The position numbers and the translations under genes were made by a program. 32,000 bases of DNA from the NCBI RefSeq assembly GCF_000092105.1, contig NC_014148.1:2220001-2252000 (forward strand). The letters are read 5' to 3'. Each line of letters begins with the position of its first letter. The first letter of the stretch is position 1. Shown here piece by piece: positions 9,158 to 16,577 of the stretch. The stretch comes from Planctopirus limnophila DSM 3776. GTDB lineage: Bacteria > Planctomycetota > Planctomycetia > Planctomycetales > Planctomycetaceae. The notes under the pieces are model-generated. The model searched no databases. It was not told where the DNA came from and was given only the letters and a program-made list of their open reading frames with translations.

Positions 9158-9913
9158 TCAAGCACTCCGCATCCGCTCTACGAACTGAGCATAATCCTCG
9201 GGCGTATCGATTCCAACTGAGGGATGATCAACATCAGCCACCTGAATGTGGACACCTGCTTCGAGAGCCCGTAATTGTTCCAGTTTTTCGAGCTTTTCCA
9301 GTGGTGATTGTGGCCACGTGGTCAGTTGCAGCAGAAAATCTGTGCGGAAGCCATAAATTCCCACATGCAGTCTCCAGGGCGAATGCCCCACCAGCATCGA
9401 TTCATCAAAGCCATCTCGCGGACAGGGAATCACCGAGCGACTGAAATAGAGGGCTCGGCCTGTCGCATCGGTGACGACCTTGACACAGGACGTTGCTGCA
9501 ATCGATTCCCAGCGTCTCAGGGGGGCAGCCAGGGTGGACATCTGCGCCTTGGGGACAGCCAGCAGACTTTCGATCACTTTCGAAATATGCCCTCGATCAA
9601 TTTCGGGCTCATCTCCCTGGACGTTCACCACGATCTCAAATTGATCCGCACGACGACGGAGGACTTCTGCCACCCGGTCTGTGCCGCTGGCGTGTTCCCC
9701 CGTCATTTCCACGTGTGCCCCAAAGGCCTGGGCAACCTCGGAAATTTCCGTGGAATCGGTCGCGATGATTAACTCATCAAAGAGTTCTGTCGCAGCCACA
9801 CGTTCCCAGACGTGTTGCAACAAAGGCTTGCCGGTCTGATTAAGGAGCATTTTTCCCGGCAGACGGGTTGATGCCAGTCGAGCAGGAATGACACCACAGA
9901 TTTTTTGATGCAT
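9158..9913 (-). CDS. kdsB: 3-deoxy-manno-octulosonate cytidylyltransferase (CMP-Kdo synthetase)
   Basis: 251-aa ORF. GVIPARLASTRLPGKML is the KdsB N-terminal nucleotide-binding motif. VVNVQGDEP and LEQLRALEAG are also KdsB-typical. Confidence 0.93.
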   Translation of the reverse strand: MHQKICGVIPARLASTRLPGKMLLNQTGKPLLQHVWERVAATELFDELIIATDSTEISEVAQAFGAHVEMTGEHASGTDRVAEVLRRRADQFEIVVNVQGDEPEIDRGHISKVIESLLAVPKAQMSTLAAPLRRWESIAATSCVKVVTDATGRALYFSRSVIPCPRDGFDESMLVGHSPWRLHVGIYGFRTDFLLQLTTWPQSPLEKLEKLEQLRALEAGVHIQVADVDHPSVGIDTPEDYAQFVERMRSA

Positions 9914-10369
9914 ATTGTTTGAACTTTGATTTCCAACAGGAACAAGTCTTTAGAGTTTACAGCAGTGGTTCGCCAGCGATTTTCACCATCGTAAAATCTC
10001 TGATCTGCGGGCCATAAGACTTTATTTGAACCGAGGTGAAAACCTCAAATGTTGGCAACGTTTTTTGAGATGTGATTCGCTGGAGTTCAATCATCCTGCA
10101 AGCATTAAAACAGGCAACGTCTACGAACTCCCTCTCTTATAGTAAATCCACGCATCAACTTTAGCAAAACCATCAATAAACAGTGGCTTTTCAACGATCT
10201 GCGGTAGCGACTGTATTCACAAATTCCGACTGACGCTTTTCCTGCTGCAATAAATCAAAGAAATTCTCTCGATAATGGGTGGTCTTAAACTGTGATTCTT
10301 TGTTCCATCTGTTCATTCAATCTGTACACTTTCAATTGCTGACCGATTGATGCACGAAAACCCCAGGGA

Positions 10370-10389
10370 AATTGAATTGGCATTCAATT
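10370..10389. promoter_or_regulatory. perfect 8-bp palindrome AATTGAAT-TGGC-ATTCAATT upstream of the PAS kinase gene
   Basis: Read directly: arms at 10370-10377 and 10382-10389 with a 4-nt spacer, 52 nt upstream of the first possible kinase start. The function (operator or RNA hairpin) is not established. Confidence 0.25.
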
Positions 10390-10441
10390 CGTCTCGGATG
10401 CGTGATCAGTCTCACACACATATTGTCAACCACCTGCACTC

Positions 10442-12877
10442 ATGTTGCTGGAGAAGACCTCCCAGATCTTCATCGATCCATCTCGACAATTGGGAAGTTT
10501 GAATCCCTTTCTTGAAATCAGTTTTACCTCTCTTATGAATGAGTTCCTCCGCCGAGCAGAAGATAATCTCATCGCTTTTTCCGGAATCTTTCATCATTCC
10601 GAAATTGCTGATCAGCAATCTTTACTCAAAGAAGTCGTCTCACAGTCACCCATCATTCTCTGGGTGATCGACGAACATGGTGTTTTCCGGCTGAGCGAAG
10701 GGATGGGCTTAAGTGCTCTGGGACTGAAACCTGGTGAGACGATTGGCAAGTCGGTCTTCGAGATTTATGCCGACCAGCCTCAGGCGTTGATGGGTGTTCG
10801 CCGCAGCCTTTCGGGTATTGAATCTCGGGAAATCGTACGTGTGATCGATCGTTATTACGACAGTTGGCAACGGCCACTGTTCTCGCCTGAGGGAAAGGTT
10901 CGCGGGGTCCTGGGAGTAGCGACAGATGTCACTCAACGGATTCTGGCCCAGCAGGAAACCGCCGAGTTCGAACAACGTTTTCGGGCAGCTTTTCATCATT
11001 CACCGGCAGCGATCACCGTCACTGATCTTGAAACGGGGCGGTTCATTGATGCCAACGATGCTTACCTCAAGATGATTGGGTTGAAGCGAGAAGAAACGAT
11101 CGGCAAAACCACCCTCGAGCTTGGCCTTTGGAAAAACCCTTCAGAACGCGCTCCTCTGATTGAAAAAGTTCTCAAGGGCGAAACCATGGCCGCCTCCAGC
11201 CATGTATTGACGGACCGCCAAGGGAGAAATCTCTCTGTCCAATGGTCAGCCAGCGTGATTGTGCTCGATGGTCGAAAGTGTATGCTCTCTTGCATGCTCG
11301 ATATGACAGCTCGAGCCAAAGCGACACAACGTGCGGAATTGACACGTCAACAACTGCGTACTCTTGGTCGACTGGCTCCTGTGGCCATTTTTCGAACGAA
11401 TGCTCAAGGCGAAGTTCGGCAGGCCAATGGACGCTATCGCCACCTGGTTGGTGATAATGGGCAGTCCAATTCACTGGGCTGCTGGATTGATCGCATCCTC
11501 CCCGAGGATCTTCCAGAAGTCACTCGTGTCTGGAAGCATACCGTCAAGCATGGCCAATCCTGCCTCCTCGAGTTTCGCATGGTTGATGCACAATCGCGTG
11601 AACGATGGATTCTTCTCAGCACCAAGCCGCTGTTTCATAGAAAATCCTTGCGATCTTTCGTCGGGACGTTGACAGACATCACGTCCCGCAAGCGGGCCGA
11701 AGCAGCGATGGAGCAGATGAATCATGCCCTGGAAACCCGTGTTGCCATTCGCACTCAAGAGTTAAGACAGGTTGTCGAAGAGTTGGAAGTGCGCCGTTCC
11801 CAATGGGAATCGCTGGTTCGAAATGCCCCTGATATCATTTTGAGAATCCGGACTGACCGTACCATCGAGTTCGTCAATCGCACAGAGTTTGGCTGGCAAC
11901 CCGAAGATCTGATTCATAAGGATTCGCTGTTTTTTGTCCATCCGGATGATCGCGACGAAGTGGAAAGGGTGCTTTATCTGGTGTTTACCGAGGGGACACC
12001 ACAAACCGTCCAGTTACGCAGTCGGAAAAAAACTGGCGAAACATTGTGGTATGCAGTGCACATTGGCCCGGTCTACCGTGCGAACACGATCATTGCTGCC
12101 ACTGCGGTGCTGCGCGACATTACTCAGCAGAAGTTTTATGAGGAAGAGGCGATTCGCAGACGAGACGAGCTCGCTCATGCGTCGCGCCTTTCGACAATCG
12201 GTGAAATGGCAGCGATGGTGGCCCATGAACTCAATCAGCCACTGGCCGCGATTGCCAATTTTGTCCGCGGCGCTGTGCATCGCCTGCAGGAACCCAACTT
12301 CAAAGTTGATGAAATCATCGATGGTCTTGAAAAAGCCAATCGGCAGGCTCAAAGAGCCGGCGAAATGATCCATGGAATTCGCCGCTTCCTCCGCAAGCGG
12401 GATTCCTTGCAGATGCCCATTCATTTACCTCCCCTTGTGCACGAAGCGTGGGGGCTGGCAGAAATTGAAGCCTCCCGCTATCGCATTCAGTTGGAGACCG
12501 AGTTCGCTCCGGCACTACCACTGATTATCGCAGACGATGTCCAGATCGTACAGGTGCTCCTGAATCTCTTTCTCAACGGCATCGATGCTATGAAATCCAT
12601 TCCACAGCCTGAGCGCAAACTGATTGTTCGCGGGCGCGTCGAGAATCGCCAGACCGTCGTTTGTGAAGTTGAAGATCGGGGAACAGGCTTCAGTCCCAAG
12701 ATTTCCGAGACGATGTTCGATGCCTTTATCACAACGAAAGAGGAGGGTCTGGGGCTGGGACTCTCCGTCAGCAGAAGTATTGTCAAAGCTCATGGTGGGC
12801 GGCTGCGATCGTTCCCTAACCACGAAAAACCGGGAGTCACTTTTCAAATGATTCTTCCTATTCCCGCAGATGATTAG
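10442..12877 (+). CDS. soluble multi-PAS sensor histidine kinase (FixL-like HisKA/HATPase core)
   Basis: 811-aa ORF with no hydrophobic TM segment. There are about four PAS/PAC-like modules; PAC-type ends include GVLGVATDVTQR, MLDMTARAKA, GTLTDITSRKRAE and AVLRDITQQKFYEEE. The H-box LSTIGEMAAMVAHELNQPLAAIANFVRG closely resembles FixL/DctB-type kinases. ATPase boxes are LLNLFLNGIDAM (N), VEDRGTGF (G1) and GLGLGLSVS (G2). The start is uncertain (10442 or the ATG at 10535). Confidence 0.9.
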   Translation: MLLEKTSQIFIDPSRQLGSLNPFLEISFTSLMNEFLRRAEDNLIAFSGIFHHSEIADQQSLLKEVVSQSPIILWVIDEHGVFRLSEGMGLSALGLKPGETIGKSVFEIYADQPQALMGVRRSLSGIESREIVRVIDRYYDSWQRPLFSPEGKVRGVLGVATDVTQRILAQQETAEFEQRFRAAFHHSPAAITVTDLETGRFIDANDAYLKMIGLKREETIGKTTLELGLWKNPSERAPLIEKVLKGETMAASSHVLTDRQGRNLSVQWSASVIVLDGRKCMLSCMLDMTARAKATQRAELTRQQLRTLGRLAPVAIFRTNAQGEVRQANGRYRHLVGDNGQSNSLGCWIDRILPEDLPEVTRVWKHTVKHGQSCLLEFRMVDAQSRERWILLSTKPLFHRKSLRSFVGTLTDITSRKRAEAAMEQMNHALETRVAIRTQELRQVVEELEVRRSQWESLVRNAPDIILRIRTDRTIEFVNRTEFGWQPEDLIHKDSLFFVHPDDRDEVERVLYLVFTEGTPQTVQLRSRKKTGETLWYAVHIGPVYRANTIIAATAVLRDITQQKFYEEEAIRRRDELAHASRLSTIGEMAAMVAHELNQPLAAIANFVRGAVHRLQEPNFKVDEIIDGLEKANRQAQRAGEMIHGIRRFLRKRDSLQMPIHLPPLVHEAWGLAEIEASRYRIQLETEFAPALPLIIADDVQIVQVLLNLFLNGIDAMKSIPQPERKLIVRGRVENRQTVVCEVEDRGTGFSPKISETMFDAFITTKEEGLGLGLSVSRSIVKAHGGRLRSFPNHEKPGVTFQMILPIPADD

Positions 12878-13032
12878 CCACTCCCAAACCGTTTGAAGAA
12901 ATCAGCCATGAAGACTGTAAATTTCTGAGTGACCGAACCCTGTTGTACATTCTGTATCCTTAGTTGATGCACGATGTGAAAGAGATAGAAATCATGTATC
13001 AATTCACTTCCTTAGCTCAGGAACTGGCCACC

Positions 13033-13689
13033 ATGACCACAGAACAGCCATTGCCACCGACGGTTTACGTGATCGACGATGACGCTGGATTTGCGGAATC
13101 TGCCAAGTTTCTGATTGAGTCGATCCATCGTCCGGTGGTGAACTTCTCTTCGGCGGATGAATTTCTAGCGCAGTTCAACCCCAGGCATACCGGCTGCATC
13201 ATCTGTGATGTGCGCATGCCGGGCATGAGCGGACTCGAGCTTCAGGAAGTTCTGCGTGAACGCAATTGTCTGATGCCGATCATCATTATCTCCGCCTTTG
13301 GGGATGTTCCGATTGCCGTCCGGGCGATGAAAGCTGGTGCGATCCATGTTCTCAAGAAACCATTTGACGACAACGATTTTCTGGAACTTATTCAGAAGGC
13401 CCTGGCGGAAGATGCCAGACGACGCGAAGAATTCCGGACACAGCAGGTGGTGCTGGATCGATATGATCGCCTGACTGACCGGGAACGGGAGGTTTTCGAA
13501 GAAGTCATTGAAGGTCTGTCGAGCAAAGAAATTGGCCAGCGGCTTTCAGTGAGCTTCAAAACCGTCGAGGCCCATCGGGCGAAAATCATGAAGAAAATGG
13601 AAGCAGACAGTATTCCGCAACTGCTGCGTATGTGGTTCACCATTCAGCAATGCCGGCCGACGAAAACCATTCTCCCACCGCAGGGATAA
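13033..13689 (+). CDS. FixJ/LuxR-family response regulator (REC plus LuxR-type HTH)
   Basis: The receiver domain VYVIDDD ... CIICDVRMPGMSGLEL ... IIIISAFGDVPIAVRAMKAGAIHVLKKPF aligns along its length with my memory of FixJ. The C-terminal LTDREREVFEEVIEGLSSKEIGQRLSVSFKTVEAHRAKIMKKM is a LuxR/GerE HTH. The track ORF opens at 12964. I prefer ATG 13033 because AGGAA lies 11 nt upstream and the leader before the VIDDD strand is short. Confidence 0.92.
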   Translation: MTTEQPLPPTVYVIDDDAGFAESAKFLIESIHRPVVNFSSADEFLAQFNPRHTGCIICDVRMPGMSGLELQEVLRERNCLMPIIIISAFGDVPIAVRAMKAGAIHVLKKPFDDNDFLELIQKALAEDARRREEFRTQQVVLDRYDRLTDREREVFEEVIEGLSSKEIGQRLSVSFKTVEAHRAKIMKKMEADSIPQLLRMWFTIQQCRPTKTILPPQG

Positions 13690-13803
13690 ACTCCACCTTG
13701 ATGACGATGAAGAATTGCACTCCAGGTTTGGACGATCCTTTGAACGACTGACATCAATCATCGAATCCAGTTCAAGAGAATCTGTCTGAATGGGCCCACA
13801 AGT

Positions 13804-14472
13804 ATGCATCTGCTGTTCGATCTCGATGGTACGCTCACAGATCCATTTGAAGGGATTACAAACTGTATTCGCTATGCTTTGAAACAGAACGGTTTTGAAG
13901 CACCTGCTGCGCAAAATTTGAAGTGGTGCATCGGCCCACCACTTCGATCGAGCTTCCAGCAGTTAACCGGGAGTGACAACCAGGATCTGCTGGACAATTG
14001 CCTCAAGTCCTACCGTGAACGATTCACTGCATCAGGGCTTTATGAGAACCGGCTTGTCGATGGGATTGTTGAAGTTCTTGAGGGGCTCGATCGCCAGAAA
14101 CACACGCTCTGGGTCGCCACTTCAAAACCGGCTGTCTATGCACGCCGGATTATCGCCCACTTCGGTCTGGATCAGTATTTTCTCAATGTCTACGGGAGCG
14201 AACTCGATGGGACCCGCACCAACAAAGTTGAACTGCTGAATCATCTCTTGCAGAAGGAACAGCTTTCGCCAGCCGACACCCTGATGATTGGTGATCGAGA
14301 ACATGATGTCTACGGTGCCAGAAGCAATCAGCTTGCTGCCATTGGCGTCCTGTGGGGATACGGCTCTCACGAAGAGTTGACTCAGGCCGGCGCTCATGCG
14401 CTTGTCGACACACCTGGCGAACTCAGTCTGCTGTTAAACAACTGGGCCTTTCATCAGCCCGTTACGCCTTGA
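13804..14472 (+). CDS. HAD family hydrolase (phosphoglycolate phosphatase-like)
   Basis: 222-aa ORF. Motif I is LLFDLDGTLTD, motif II is WVATSKP, and motifs III/IV are K ... MIGDREHDVYGA. Confidence 0.85.
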   Translation: MHLLFDLDGTLTDPFEGITNCIRYALKQNGFEAPAAQNLKWCIGPPLRSSFQQLTGSDNQDLLDNCLKSYRERFTASGLYENRLVDGIVEVLEGLDRQKHTLWVATSKPAVYARRIIAHFGLDQYFLNVYGSELDGTRTNKVELLNHLLQKEQLSPADTLMIGDREHDVYGARSNQLAAIGVLWGYGSHEELTQAGAHALVDTPGELSLLLNNWAFHQPVTP

Positions 14473-14679
14473 GAAGTAACCAAAAAAGTCATCAGGTGGA
14501 ACTTTCGCAACGATTGACCAGCTTCTCTCAATCTTATTGTCGGAAACAATTACTGACTCATATTTTACTTGGCAATCAAGAATCCACATCTGTACCCTGA
14601 CCGCGTAGATTTGCTTTGAAGCGAATATCTAAAACATATTCAATGAAGTCCTGATTCTCGCAGATCAAGGGGTGTGCTA

Positions 14680-15357
14680 ATGAATTTTCCCAGCATGATT
14701 GGTGGCGGCATTGTTGGTGGAGCACTAGGCGCGACGATCTGGGCCGCGATCATCTATTTCACCAACTATGAAGTCGGCTATGTCGCCATTCTGGTGGGGA
14801 TACTCGTCGGCTACTGCGTCAAGCTGGGCGCTGGGACATGGCAAGGCTTTGTCCCAGGCGCGATTGCAGCCGTGCTCGCGATTGTCTCTGTGACGGGTGG
14901 TAAGTATGCAGCAGCCACGCTTCAAGCCAATGAAGTTGTCCAGAAAATGGATACGCGGGTGACTGATGACAATTTAAAGCTGGGAATGGCTGATCAACTC
15001 GTCACGGAAAGAACTGAAAAACAGCAGCCCATCGAATGGAGAAATGGAAAAAATTCCGACACCGCAGAATCACTGGAAGATTACCCGGTCGATATTGTCG
15101 AGTCTGTGAACAAGTCCTGGGAAACTCTCACGGCTGAGCAGAAAGCGGCTCAACTCGCAGAAAGTCAGAAAATGATTGACGAATTTCAAGGCGAAATGGC
15201 TACCCTGATTCGTCATCAAGCCTTCATGGCCAGCTTCAGTCCTTATGATCTGCTGTTTTTTGGTTTGGCGACATATGCGGCTTTTCAATTGGGCAGTAAT
15301 GCCGCCCCGAAACCGGAAATACCCACCAAATCTGAACCGTCTGACCAGACAGCATGA
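14680..15357 (+). CDS. integral membrane protein of unknown function (glycine-zipper TMs)
   Basis: ATG 14680 follows CAAGGGG. There are three N-terminal Gly/Ala-rich TMs (MIGGGIVGGALGATIWAAIIY; VGYVAILVGILVGYCV; FVPGAIAAVLAIVSVTGG), a roughly 110-aa acidic soluble segment, and a C-terminal TM (YDLLFFGLATYAAFQLG). No family is recognised. Confidence 0.6.
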   Translation: MNFPSMIGGGIVGGALGATIWAAIIYFTNYEVGYVAILVGILVGYCVKLGAGTWQGFVPGAIAAVLAIVSVTGGKYAAATLQANEVVQKMDTRVTDDNLKLGMADQLVTERTEKQQPIEWRNGKNSDTAESLEDYPVDIVESVNKSWETLTAEQKAAQLAESQKMIDEFQGEMATLIRHQAFMASFSPYDLLFFGLATYAAFQLGSNAAPKPEIPTKSEPSDQTA

Positions 15358-15495
15358 TTCGGGAAGTAGTAATAGAATTACGGGAGTTGGCTCAGCGGAT
15401 TGAGAAGTTGACCGCGACTTATGTCAAAATCTTTGTTCTCAAAAGTTCCGCCTGTATCAGCCTGCTGATCAACCGATTTCTGGTCTACATGGAAA

Positions 15496-16458
15496 ATGCC
15501 CACCATCAACCTCTACGAGAATATCCAATCTGCTGCTGTGCGCATCGCCCCTTGGATCCACCGCACGCCAGTCCTCACCAGCCATACGTTGAATAAATTG
15601 TGTGAGGCTGAACTTTACTTCAAGTGTGAAAACCTCCAGCGCACTGGTTCATTCAAGGTTCGTGGAGCCCATAACGCCACATTCCTGCTGGAGGAGGAGC
15701 TGGCACACAATGGAGTCGTGACGCACTCCTCTGGTAATCATGCGGCGGCACTCGCATTGGCGGGAAAGAATCGAGGGGTACCGGCCTTTATCGTGATGCC
15801 TGGTAACGCTCCGAAGGCAAAAATCGAATCGACCAGAAGACTCGGCGGTAACGTGATCCTCTGTGAACCAACAGCAGCCGCACGTCAGATGGCGGCTGAT
15901 CAACTGGTTCAAGAAACGGGTGGAACGCTGATTCATCCCTTTGACGACCTGCGGATTGTCGCAGGGCAGGGGACATGTGCCTTGGAACTGCTCGACGAAG
16001 TCCCCCACCTGGATGCCATCGTGGCACCGGTTGGTGGTGGAGGTCTCCTCAGCGGAACGGCCATTGTTGCTCATCATCACAGCCAGGCGACTGACCACCA
16101 ATGTTTGACTTTTGGAGCTGAGCCCACCGGTGCCGATGATGCGGCTCGTTCGTTAGCGACTGGCGTTCGGCAGCCTATGAACTCACCTCAAACGATTGCT
16201 GATGGTTTGCGGACAGCTCTGGGTGAGAACACATTCCCCATTATTCAACAGCATGTCGCTGCCATCGGCACCGTTTCCGATGAAGAGATTCTCAAAGCCA
16301 CCAGGCTGCTCTGGGAAGTGATGAAGATTGTGGTTGAGCCATCAGGAGCCGTCCCTTTTGCAGCGGTCTTGCAAAATCGACTCCCACTGCGTGGCAAAAA
16401 AGTGGGCCTCATTCTCAGTGGGGGGAATCTCGATCTTGATCGCTTGCCCTGGTCTTGA
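15496..16458 (+). CDS. PLP-dependent threonine/serine dehydratase (serine-racemase-like, fold type II)
   Basis: 320-aa ORF. FKCENLQRTGSFKVRGA carries the PLP-lysine motif. HSSGNHAAALA and the glycine loop APVGGGGLLSG are also typical of the family. Confidence 0.88.
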   Translation: MPTINLYENIQSAAVRIAPWIHRTPVLTSHTLNKLCEAELYFKCENLQRTGSFKVRGAHNATFLLEEELAHNGVVTHSSGNHAAALALAGKNRGVPAFIVMPGNAPKAKIESTRRLGGNVILCEPTAAARQMAADQLVQETGGTLIHPFDDLRIVAGQGTCALELLDEVPHLDAIVAPVGGGGLLSGTAIVAHHHSQATDHQCLTFGAEPTGADDAARSLATGVRQPMNSPQTIADGLRTALGENTFPIIQQHVAAIGTVSDEEILKATRLLWEVMKIVVEPSGAVPFAAVLQNRLPLRGKKVGLILSGGNLDLDRLPWS

Positions 16459-16508
16459 TGATCAACAGCAGACATCTTCAGGAATGCCGCAAGAAGCTCT
16501 GGATGAAG

Positions 16509-16547
16509 AAAAGACCGCAGCGACAACACTTGCCGCTGCGGTCTTTT
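16509..16547. terminator. bidirectional intrinsic terminator between convergent genes
   Basis: Perfect 14-bp inverted repeat: AAAAGACCGCAGCG (16509-16522) and CGCTGCGGTCTTTT (16534-16547), with an 11-nt loop. The GC-rich stem is followed by a T-run on both strands. It lies 51 nt after the dehydratase stop and 31 nt after the minus-strand heme-protein stop. Confidence 0.8.
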
Positions 16548-16577
16548 CGTATTCAGGCTCTTCCGTTGCGAAAGTCT

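Noticed and set aside
10049-10066. Sigma-54-like TGGCA element (TTGGCAACGTTTTTTGAG)
   Set aside because: The -12 GC is absent at the required spacing; TG/TT occupies the position where TTGC should be.
10350-10502. About 50-aa ORF (MHENPREIELAFNS...) overlapping the kinase start
   Set aside because: It has no SD, a Cys/Arg/Ser-rich tail, and overlaps the kinase ORF out of frame. It is most likely noise in the leader region.
14514-14540. TTGACC ... TATTGT promoter-like pair upstream of the membrane protein gene
   Set aside because: The spacer is only 15 nt and the -10 is weak, which is not enough to call a promoter.
15354-15596. 80-aa ORF starting with an ATGA overlap on the membrane-protein stop
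   Set aside because: Its last 100 nt or so overlap the dehydratase gene out of frame. The dehydratase N-terminus (MPTINLYENIQSAAVRIAPWIHRTPV) matches the family, so the 80-aa ORF is probably fortuitous.
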